Shown here: positions 18,847 through 25,471 of the stretch, piece after piece | How positions within the stretch are numbered: position 1 is the stretch's first letter | How the letters are laid out: the number at the start of each line of letters is the position of its first letter | Origin: Burkholderia phage BcepGomr | Length of the DNA stretch: 32,000 bases | Sequence record: EF523948.1 | Strand: one strand, 5' to 3' | Program-made: the position numbers and the translations under genes | The notes under the pieces: generated by a model | What the model was told of the DNA's origin: nothing | The model's input: only the letters and a program-made list of their open reading frames with translations | Databases searched by the model: none

Positions 18847-19763
18847 ACGAAAAGTCCTTGTTGTTCGTTAATGAAAGTGACACCGCGTCGATCGATGTCT
18901 AACCCCATCATAGCATATTGCCATGCGTTATACGCCCATCTGCTGTAGGTATTTTCCCTCATCCTAGTAGGATCGAACCCCTGAGATACGAGCCTCGCGT
19001 CGATCGCATCCTTTTGGATCGCCGGGAGCGTATCCACATGTTGCCCTGCGACTCTGGCGTTCGGAGACTTTGACGAGAATGCGAGAGTTTTACCGTCCAT
19101 GATGATATTACCGTGTGCACCAATCTGCACCCAGCTAGACGAGTCAACGCTGAACCATGGGTACCGCTCCATGAGTGGAACGCTGGTAAGCCCAAAACCG
19201 TGCACCTTGATTTTAGCGCGCCCCGATCCATCGCAAAGGTACTTGCCCCAAAGCTCATCAAGCCAGTAGAAAAGCTGGGGCGTCGATATAGGCACCATCC
19301 CGCCGATCGTGATGTATTCGTAGTTCTTGATGTAATGCTCAAGGTACCGCCAATCCTCCCCGTAGTGGAAGCATGGAAGGGGTCGAACGCCGAGAGATTC
19401 CATGTAGAGCTGGTTTTCGTATGTCTTTTGCGCGTCACCGATCCCGTCGAGCACTGAGGCCATGCACGCGGAGTCCTCAAAGCGGATGATGTCGATGTTG
19501 CGTTTGATATAATCGCAGTAGGCAACGATATCAACCGCGACGCCCAGCGAGAAGGCAGAGAACGCCCCGGAGTCCAGAAAGACCTTTTCGCCTGCCGCCC
19601 GGATGCGATCAACGGTAGCCTGCTTGTGAATGTAGTGGTACGATTCGAGCTTGTGCGCAACTTGCGCAAGGGCAGTCTTTTCACGTTCATTCAGCTTCTC
19701 GTCATGGCCGGGTTGCCCCGGCACGAAATTGGCCGTATAAAGGCCAGCGATAAACAGGTTCAT
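18843..19763 (-). CDS. dpdA: DpdA-like DNA guanine transglycosylase (TGT-fold, 7-deazaguanine insertion)
   Basis: 306 aa. TGT-like VFLDSGAFSAFS (nucleophile/base-recognition region), EYITIGGMVP, and HGFGLTSVPLMERYPWFSVDSSSW. Clustered with all four preQ0 biosynthesis genes. Confidence 0.88.
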   Translation of the reverse strand: MNLFIAGLYTANFVPGQPGHDEKLNEREKTALAQVAHKLESYHYIHKQATVDRIRAAGEKVFLDSGAFSAFSLGVAVDIVAYCDYIKRNIDIIRFEDSACMASVLDGIGDAQKTYENQLYMESLGVRPLPCFHYGEDWRYLEHYIKNYEYITIGGMVPISTPQLFYWLDELWGKYLCDGSGRAKIKVHGFGLTSVPLMERYPWFSVDSSSWVQIGAHGNIIMDGKTLAFSSKSPNARVAGQHVDTLPAIQKDAIDARLVSQGFDPTRMRENTYSRWAYNAWQYAMMGLDIDRRGVTFINEQQGLFV

Positions 19764-20035
19764 GGCAATCTGTGAATTGTCAGTTCGATATTTCTCGGGG
19801 CAAGGATATGGTTCATTATTTCATAGTTCTTCCGCATTTCCTGTGTCCAGTCCATGCGCGGAGCGTAGAAATAGTGAAAGTTCAAAAGGTCGTCGCTCAG
19901 GCCGTTCAGCCTCTCGCAATCCCCGCGACTATCGAGCGAGACGAAAATGCAAGAACGCGGCGAAACTTCAAGAATGAAGCGCGCCGCGTATTCGCCAAGT
20001 CGATAGTTTGGGGCTATGATAACATGTTCTTTCAT
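19760..20035 (-). CDS. Hypothetical protein directly upstream of dpdA
   Basis: 91-aa ORF with ATGA overlap into dpdA, inside the preQ0 cluster. Confidence 0.75.
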   Translation of the reverse strand: MKEHVIIAPNYRLGEYAARFILEVSPRSCIFVSLDSRGDCERLNGLSDDLLNFHYFYAPRMDWTQEMRKNYEIMNHILAPRNIELTIHRLP

Positions 20036-20046
20036 AGCCCCTCCGA

Positions 20047-20766
20047 TCAGAAGCCGGACAACTTTTGGTAGAAGCGATCCAGTTGGCGCTGGACTTCCTT
20101 GTCGCTCGTTCCGGTCGGGAATCGGGCTGCACTCGTCACTGTCGAACTACCCGGCGTATTCACGCCGCGTGACTCCATGCACATGTGGCGAGCATTGATC
20201 GTGACGTAAACCGCGCGCGGCTGAACGTGTTGGGCCAGCGCATCCGCGATCTGGTTCGTCAGGCGCTCTTGAACTTGCAGGCGCTTGGCGAAAATGTCTG
20301 CCAGCCGCTTGAGCTTCGAAATACCGACGACTTTGCCGCTCGGGATATAGCCGATATGGGCCGTTCCCATGATCGCCGCCATATGGTGTTCGCAGTGCGA
20401 ATAGATCGGGATATCGCGAACGATAATCCAGTCGTCGGAGCCTTCCGCGCCATCCTCGAACACCTTGAGCACTTCGGCCGGGTCGTGCATATAGCCCGCC
20501 GCCCATGACGACAACCACGCCTTGACGACTCGCTTCGGCGTTTCGCGCAAGCCTTCGCGGTCGATGTCTTCGCCGACAATCTCGGTCAGAAACGCGCGGA
20601 CGATGTCTTCCATGCGCTCCCATTTGGCCTTGCTTTCTCCGGCCGGATCGATGACGAGTTTAGCTTTCATGCCGCCATCGAGTAGGGCCGGAAAGCCCAT
20701 GTTGGCGGGGGCCACGTCGACCACCGGTTTGTCGTTTGCATCGAAGATTTCAGCTTGATCGTTCAT
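20047..20766 (-). CDS. folE: GTP cyclohydrolase I
   Basis: Start set to the ATG at 20766 (MNDQAEIFDANDKP...), 239 aa. Diagnostic IPIYSHCEHHMAAIMGTAHIGYIP, GISKLKRLADIFAKRLQVQERLTNQIADAL and HMCMESRGVNTPGSSTVTSAARF. Confidence 0.97.
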   Translation of the reverse strand: MNDQAEIFDANDKPVVDVAPANMGFPALLDGGMKAKLVIDPAGESKAKWERMEDIVRAFLTEIVGEDIDREGLRETPKRVVKAWLSSWAAGYMHDPAEVLKVFEDGAEGSDDWIIVRDIPIYSHCEHHMAAIMGTAHIGYIPSGKVVGISKLKRLADIFAKRLQVQERLTNQIADALAQHVQPRAVYVTINARHMCMESRGVNTPGSSTVTSAARFPTGTSDKEVQRQLDRFYQKLSGF

Positions 20767-20767
20767 T

Positions 20768-21229
20768 TCAGTTATCCGGGTAGAAGATTGCGGAGTTCGC
20801 GCCATGCTCAGCGCATTCCACAGATAATACGCGAACTCGCCGGTGAAGTCCAGCTTTTTTGAGTTCGGTATGTGCCAGTTCTTCCGCGAATTCCGCGAAG
20901 CGTTCGCAGCCCACCCCCTTCTCGAAAACTCGAACCTGTGCAACGCCGATGTGTTGAAGGTTGCAGAGATCATCGATATGGGGATCGTTCAGATCGACTG
21001 CGATAGTGTGATCGAACCAGGTTTGGAGCGCTTCTTTCAGCGGCTTCAAACCGCCAAAGTCCATCACCCAGTTCCGATCGTCAAGTTCAGCCGAGAACTT
21101 GAATGTGAAGGCGAGCGCATAGCCGTGCAACTTGGAGCAATGCGAATGAGTGGCCATCGGTTGCCGGAAGCAACACGAGAGGCCGACTTCGTGCCCGAAC
21201 CGCTTGGTGGATACGAATCGGCCGCTCAT
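20768..21229 (-). CDS. queD: 6-carboxytetrahydropterin synthase-like protein (variant QueD/PTPS family)
   Basis: 153 aa. HSHCSKLHGYALAF (Cys...HG motif), NWVMDFGGLKPLKEALQTWFDHT, VECAEHGANSAIF. Adjacent to folE and queC. Confidence 0.88.
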   Translation of the reverse strand: MSGRFVSTKRFGHEVGLSCCFRQPMATHSHCSKLHGYALAFTFKFSAELDDRNWVMDFGGLKPLKEALQTWFDHTIAVDLNDPHIDDLCNLQHIGVAQVRVFEKGVGCERFAEFAEELAHTELKKAGLHRRVRVLSVECAEHGANSAIFYPDN

Positions 21230-22134
21230 TATGCTTGCCCCTTGTCGAGTTCGGCCGCTTGCGCCTCGGCTTCCGCAGCCATTGCTGCCTCGTTTGCATG
21301 CGATTCCTCATCGCCCGTCATCTGGGGCATAGCGGCGCGCTGAGCCTCCTGCTCGGCTTGCTCTGCCGCTTCGCGCGCTGCCCGCTCGGGGGCCGCGTAT
21401 TCGGCCTCGAATTGATCCGGGCGATAGCGCCGCAGATATTCGCGCCAGCCCCCGGCCCGGAGCTTGCATGCGGGGCATTCACCGCACCCGTGGCCCCAGT
21501 CGAAGAACCCGCCGCCTTCGCTCGGATTGGTCGGAACCTCGCCGTTCGAGCGCACGCCATTGTAGCAGGTGTGGGACATTTCGATGACCACATCGAGGCA
21601 TCCCGCCAGTTCGGCCATGCGGAACGTCTCGGCCTTGTCGATGTACATCAGCGGGGTTTTGATGGTGATCGACGTATCGTAGCCGATGTTCAGCGTCGCG
21701 GCCAGCGCGTTGATGAACGAATCGCGGCAATCCGGGTAGCCCGAATAGTCGGTCATGCAGACGCCAGTCCACAGTTCATCCGCGCCCACTTGCTGAGCGT
21801 AGGCATGGGCGAGCGTCAGGAACGCCGCGTTGCGATTCGGCACGAAGCTGGCGGGCAGGCTCGGGTTCGCATCGCTCGGCTTGTTGACATCGCCATCGGT
21901 GCCGATCAGAGCTGATGTGGTCACTTCACCCAGCGCCGAGAGGTCGACGATCTTGAGTCCGGCCAGACCGAAATGATCGACGATCTTGGCCGCTTGTTCG
22001 AGTTCGATAGCGTGCTTTTGCCCGTAGGTGAAGGCGATGGGGAATACGCGGTAGCCTTCCGCAATCGCCTTACCGAGAATGGTGGTCGAATCCTGACCGC
22101 CCGAAAAAACGATGACCGCAGTTTTCTTGCTCAT
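21229..22134 (-). CDS. queC: 7-cyano-7-deazaguanine synthase
   Basis: Start at 22134 (MSKKTAVIVFSGGQDSTTILG...), 301 aa. PP-loop SGGQDSTT, FVPNRNAAFLTLAHAYA, zinc motif CGECPACKLR. Confidence 0.96.
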   Translation of the reverse strand: MSKKTAVIVFSGGQDSTTILGKAIAEGYRVFPIAFTYGQKHAIELEQAAKIVDHFGLAGLKIVDLSALGEVTTSALIGTDGDVNKPSDANPSLPASFVPNRNAAFLTLAHAYAQQVGADELWTGVCMTDYSGYPDCRDSFINALAATLNIGYDTSITIKTPLMYIDKAETFRMAELAGCLDVVIEMSHTCYNGVRSNGEVPTNPSEGGGFFDWGHGCGECPACKLRAGGWREYLRRYRPDQFEAEYAAPERAAREAAEQAEQEAQRAAMPQMTGDEESHANEAAMAAEAEAQAAELDKGQA

Positions 22135-22135
22135 G

Positions 22136-22306
22136 TTAAACTCCTGCACCCGCGAGTGCGTTAAAAATTGCTTGACGAACTTCAGTGACCGCCGGGGGCT
22201 CGTTCTCAAGCCCATTTTGCATCATAGCCTTGAGCCACTGAGCCTCGGTCGAGTCCATAACCAGAACTAATTCCACATGACTCTTCGGAATCGCACTTGC
22301 GAGCAT
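22136..22306 (-). CDS. Small conserved-style phage protein (56 aa), not in the supplied ORF track
   Basis: Manual translation from 22306: MLASAIPKSHVELVLVMDSTEAQWLKAMMQNGLENEPPAVTEVRQAIFNALAGAGV*. It exactly fills the gap between queE and queC. Confidence 0.65.
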   Translation of the reverse strand: MLASAIPKSHVELVLVMDSTEAQWLKAMMQNGLENEPPAVTEVRQAIFNALAGAGV

Positions 22307-22308
22307 GA

Positions 22309-23091
22309 TTACTCCATGTGGATCATCTTGTGGGTTTGCAAGCAGAGAGTATAGCCGAAAGTCATCGCAACATCGATAGCGGCGACCAGATTGGCATCGT
22401 TCTCTGCGTGATGGGTCACGCGCTCGCTTGCATCGACCATCGGCCAGTAATGCTCAGCCGGTTGCACGTAGACTGTACCCGCAAAGCCTTGATGCGGTCG
22501 AGCGGGCGCAGCAGGCAGGCCGAGCACCGAAGTCGGCAACCCGTCGGCCGGATCGACAGTCCCCTCGCTCAGAACGTACTTGTATGCGATAATGCGATGG
22601 TGGAGGAGTGCCGCGACCTTTCCGGCTTTCGGACTGATGACGACTTCGAACGGGGGCCATTCCTCGAACGGGCCAGCAAGCGGCGCAAGCGTCCCATTCG
22701 ATTCGATCTGAACCTTGTACCCCAGTCCGCTCAGCTTCCAGATCAACGGGAAAAGCGACTGGCGGAAAGGTTCACCCCCTGTGATGACGATGAGCGGTCG
22801 GGGGATTTTGCGTTCAAAGGCAGGCTCCAGCGCGAACCGGGCTCGGGGTCGGGTGTAGATTGCGGTTTGTACGGCTGTAAGGATTTCCAACAATCCCATA
22901 CGCTTGCGCGCGGAGTATTCCGTATCGCAACCCGGACACTGCAAATTGCAACCAGCAAGACGAATGAAAACAGCAGGTCTACCCACATAGGGGCCTTCTC
23001 CCTGAATCGTGTAGAAGATGGAATGCACATCGAGGAATTCGCCGGTGCTCTGGTCGCGCTTCTCGGGCGCTTGGGTGTTGATGGGAATCAT
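22309..23091 (-). CDS. queE: 7-carboxy-7-deazaguanine synthase (radical SAM)
   Basis: 260 aa. FYTIQGEGPYVGRPAVFIRLAGCNLQCPGCDTEY (CxxxCxxC) and VITGGEPFRQSLFPL; AGGA RBS-like sequence 4 nt before the ATG. Confidence 0.95.
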   Translation of the reverse strand: MIPINTQAPEKRDQSTGEFLDVHSIFYTIQGEGPYVGRPAVFIRLAGCNLQCPGCDTEYSARKRMGLLEILTAVQTAIYTRPRARFALEPAFERKIPRPLIVITGGEPFRQSLFPLIWKLSGLGYKVQIESNGTLAPLAGPFEEWPPFEVVISPKAGKVAALLHHRIIAYKYVLSEGTVDPADGLPTSVLGLPAAPARPHQGFAGTVYVQPAEHYWPMVDASERVTHHAENDANLVAAIDVAMTFGYTLCLQTHKMIHME

Positions 23092-23130
23092 GGGTTCCTG
23101 TACTAAGGGATCGGCTAGGCCGGTGTACGG

Positions 23131-23155
23131 AAAAAAGGCGGGGCCGGAGCCCCGC
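23131..23155 (-). terminator. Rho-independent terminator upstream of queE
   Basis: On the - strand: GCGGGGC, TCCG loop, GCCCCGC (arms 23138-23144 and 23149-23155), then CTTTTTT. Confidence 0.85.
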
Positions 23156-23192
23156 GAAAGTCAGTGGCAAAACGCACGCATCGCTGCATGTT

Positions 23193-23357
23193 GATGGGCT
23201 GAATCTACTCGGCTATCAGCCAATGGCCCGATAGTTCCCTTTCGTTCGCGCCGAGATACTCGGCGGTATCAGCCCATCGCTGTGCGCTCTACCCGGTACG
23301 GCCGCCCCCGAACCATGGGAGAAGTGAAGGAAAGAACGAACAGAGCGCACAGCGATG
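23193..23357 (-). ncRNA. Candidate structured RNA or cis-regulatory region upstream of queE
   Basis: Perfect 16-nt inverted repeat CATCGCTGTGCGCTCT (23275-23290) / AGAGCGCACAGCGATG (23342-23357). Perfect 10-nt inverted repeat GATGGGCTGA (23193-23202) / TCAGCCCATC (23269-23278). Internal perfect 7-bp hairpin CGCCGAG-ATA-CTCGGCG (23249-23265) and a roughly 7-bp stem (23213-23234). No supported CDS. Confidence 0.55.
23206..23274. repeat. Imperfect direct repeat pair TACTCGGC(GG)TATCAGCC
   Basis: TACTCGGCTATCAGCC at 23206-23221 and TACTCGGCGGTATCAGCC at 23257-23274; differ by a 2-nt insertion. Confidence 0.8.
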
Positions 23358-23362
23358 AATGA

Positions 23363-23459
23363 TGAGGGTTCCTATATGCAGTCACCCACAACTAGCAGCC
23401 CTTAACGCGAGCCAATCGGTGCCTCTGAGGGTTCCTTTCTTCGCATGGTCACCCACAAC
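23363..23459. repeat. Two-copy composite direct repeat (TGAGGGTTCCT ... GTCACCCACAAC)
   Basis: TGAGGGTTCCT at 23363-23373 and 23426-23436; GTCACCCACAAC at 23381-23392 and 23448-23459. Block spacing is 7 nt in one copy and 11 nt in the other. Confidence 0.85.
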
Positions 23460-23512
23460 TTAGCTAGGGGGCCGGGGCCACTTCGCCCCCTCTACAGCCC
23501 CCGCAGCGCCGA

Positions 23513-24148
23513 TTACTCGGCTGCCTGGTTCGAGGCGTCGGCGTTGGTACCGGCTTCCGGTTCCTTCGCCTGTGCAGCCTTAGCCGCCTCGGCCTCCGCT
23601 GCTGCCGCCTTCTTCGCTTCCGCCTCCTGCTTCTTGCGTGCCTTTTCGGCTTCCTTCGCGGCGCGCTGCTCGGCCAGTCGAGCTTGACGCGCTTCCTTCG
23701 TCTCGCTCAGTCTGTAGTACTTGCGCCAGCGGCCGTACTGCGTGTGGATCGTGCCGACGTTGATCGTCGTCGCCGCGTCGCCTTCGCCGACCTTGACGTC
23801 CTTGAGAGCTTCGACCAGCGCCGCGCGCTCGACCGGCTTCTCGGCCGCTGCCGACAGTTGGTCGGCCTTGATCCAGATCAGTTGCGTGACACCGGCCGTC
23901 GGGCGCGTGATGCCGTTCTTCGTGTCCTTCTCGGGCTTCGCAGCCTTCGCCGCTTCCGCGTCCTTCTTCTTCTGTTCGCGCTCGGCCTTCTTCTGCGCGG
24001 CTTCCGCCTTCTTCGCTTCAGCAGCGGCCTTCTTGTCGGCCTTTTCCTTGTCCTTCGCCGCCTTCGCCGCATCCTTCGCCGCCTTCTCGTCGGCCTTCTT
24101 CTGCTCCGCTGCCAGTTGCTCCGGGGTCTTTTCTGCTGCTTCCGTCAT
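23513..24148 (-). CDS. Lys/Ala/Glu-rich protein with a central globular segment
   Basis: 211-aa ORF with a consensus-like promoter and RBS (AAGGAG). Low-complexity K/A/E/Q flanks surround NGITRPTAGVTQLIWIKADQLSAAAEKPVERAALVEALKDVKVGEGDAATTINVGTIHTQYGRWRKYYRLSE. Confidence 0.75.
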   Translation of the reverse strand: MTEAAEKTPEQLAAEQKKADEKAAKDAAKAAKDKEKADKKAAAEAKKAEAAQKKAEREQKKKDAEAAKAAKPEKDTKNGITRPTAGVTQLIWIKADQLSAAAEKPVERAALVEALKDVKVGEGDAATTINVGTIHTQYGRWRKYYRLSETKEARQARLAEQRAAKEAEKARKKQEAEAKKAAAAEAEAAKAAQAKEPEAGTNADASNQAAE

Positions 24149-24202
24149 GATGCTTTCTCCTTGGGGTGGTTTCGAATCAGCGCGTTTCGCTGCGATGGAT
24201 GA

Positions 24203-24231
24203 ATCTTATCTAAACGCCGTGAGCCTGACAA
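24203..24231 (-). promoter_or_regulatory. Sigma70-like promoter for the Lys/Ala-rich protein gene
   Basis: - strand TTGTCA (24231-24226), 17-nt spacer, TAAGAT (24208-24203), upstream of the 24148 start. Confidence 0.55.
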
Positions 24232-24261
24232 GCCCTTTCTTTGTACCATCTACGAAGTCGG

Positions 24262-24289
24262 GCGAAAATAAAGGGAGCGCGAAGGCTCC
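24262..24289 (-). terminator. Rho-independent terminator
   Basis: - strand GGGAGC-CTTCGC-GCTCCC followed by TTTATTTTC, between the 24298 stop and the 24148 start. Confidence 0.75.
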
Positions 24290-24297
24290 CCATGTGG

Positions 24298-24498
24298 CTA
24301 CATCATCCGAATGTAGATTTCGATGTACTGCGCGTTGTGCATTTCGAGGTCGATATTCACTCGCACTTCTTCCACAAGCCAATGCTCACCCTTTCGGATA
24401 ATCATGTCGTCAACGCGGGGAACAAAGGCAGACTCGATGATTCCGAGAATCTGAGAGTGCGCCTCTGCGTTTCTATATCGGCACATCAACCGCATCAT
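24298..24498 (-). CDS. Hypothetical small protein
   Basis: ATGA overlap at 24495-24498 with the upstream gene supports starting at 24498: MMRLMCRYRNAEAHSQILGIIESAFVPRVDD..., 66 aa. Confidence 0.6.
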   Translation of the reverse strand: MMRLMCRYRNAEAHSQILGIIESAFVPRVDDMIIRKGEHWLVEEVRVNIDLEMHNAQYIEIYIRMM

Positions 24499-25190
24499 AC
24501 CCCCTTGCTCGACTTCCATTTGCCGAACTGAACGCCGAACGTCCCCTCGTTGATTCCAGCATCGACGCATGCTTTCTTCGCGGCTTCACGGAACGCCTTG
24601 TTGATCTCGCCGCCACCCCATGTTTCAAGCGCGCGGTCGCAGATATCCCAGACCATCTTGGTCGCGCCGGGTTTTCGCGGAGCGCTAGGCGCTTCTCCGG
24701 CCGGTTTCGGGGCGCTGGCGGGCTTGGCGCGCGCTGCCTGATATTCGGCCTCCGGCACCCGCTCGGCTGGCCGGGAAAGCGCCGGATTCGCAGCCTCGGC
24801 CATGGCGATGATCGCTTGCCGGTTCTCGACCGAGCGCTCTGCTACCGCTTCCACATGCTCGGCTGCATCCTCCGGCGTATCGAGCTTTCGCAACTCGGTC
24901 AAAGTGCGTTCGAGTTCTGCTTCGCCTTTCGGGTAGACTGGGAAAGTCTCCCCATAGGCACGCAGTTGCTTAATCGCCTCACCATACGGCGGCGATTCCA
25001 TTCCGGACATGTTCTTGAACATCATCCGAATTTCCAGATCGGTCAATACCGTCCAATCGCGCCCACCCTCGGTCGAGACCAGCAGAGTAGCCACATTGGA
25101 GAAGTCGACCTCCGCGATCAAATGTGCATGGTTCCGCGAATTCGTTCCGGCCACCATGCGGAGGTTGTCTCGATCAATGACGATAATCAT
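24495..25190 (-). CDS. Hypothetical protein with a conserved-looking C-terminal helical domain
   Basis: 231-aa ORF with a Pro/Ala linker, then TKMVWDICDRALETWGGGEINKAFREAAKKACVDAGINEGTFGVQFGKWKSSKGV; TTAGGAG RBS upstream. Confidence 0.7.
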   Translation of the reverse strand: MIIVIDRDNLRMVAGTNSRNHAHLIAEVDFSNVATLLVSTEGGRDWTVLTDLEIRMMFKNMSGMESPPYGEAIKQLRAYGETFPVYPKGEAELERTLTELRKLDTPEDAAEHVEAVAERSVENRQAIIAMAEAANPALSRPAERVPEAEYQAARAKPASAPKPAGEAPSAPRKPGATKMVWDICDRALETWGGGEINKAFREAAKKACVDAGINEGTFGVQFGKWKSSKGV

Positions 25191-25204
25191 GATTTACTCC
25201 TAAA

Positions 25205-25471
25205 TCAAAAAGGTATGGTGCTAGTATAACCCTCGCATCCCACCAAAATCACGTCCGGCGGTGGCATAATCGGTTGTTCGGTGTAGCGAACGCACCCGGC
25301 CTTCCAGCTGTCGCAGTTCAAACAGCATTTCCAGACATGTTTCTCGATTTCCAGCTTTGCCCGTGCGATCTCCAGTTGACGCCGAACAACCGCATCCGGG
25401 GCGATAGTGGGCGCAGTCGGGGGCGGCGGTTCCACATAATCAGGCTGCTGCTGATTCGACATCGAAGACAT
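25205..25471 (-). CDS. Small Cys-rich protein
   Basis: 88 aa with CCLNCDSWKAGCVRY...VGCEGY; AAGGAT RBS upstream; 32-nt overlap with the helicase 3' end. Confidence 0.65.
   Translation of the reverse strand: MSSMSNQQQPDYVEPPPPTAPTIAPDAVVRRQLEIARAKLEIEKHVWKCCLNCDSWKAGCVRYTEQPIMPPPDVILVGCEGYTSTIPF

Noticed and set aside
22136-23091. Gat-QueC or QueF-like fusion in the modification cluster
   Set aside because: QueC has only an Ala/Glu-rich extension and no glutamine amidotransferase-like domain; no QueF signature was seen in the window.
23193-23278. Hammerhead-like ribozyme (CUGAU ... GAA around a hairpin)
   Set aside because: The core reads CUGAUAC rather than CUGANGA and lacks the correct GAAA placement, so the catalytic core is not satisfied.
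23092-23512. tRNA gene in the intergenic gap
   Set aside because: Stems are the wrong length, and there is no T-loop TTCRA motif or cloverleaf on either strand.
23445-24401. + strand ORFs (80, 172 and 226 aa) over the Lys/Ala-rich gene
   Set aside because: Ala/Phe- or Arg/Leu-rich antisense readings of a K/A/E-rich gene; no RBS or motif support.
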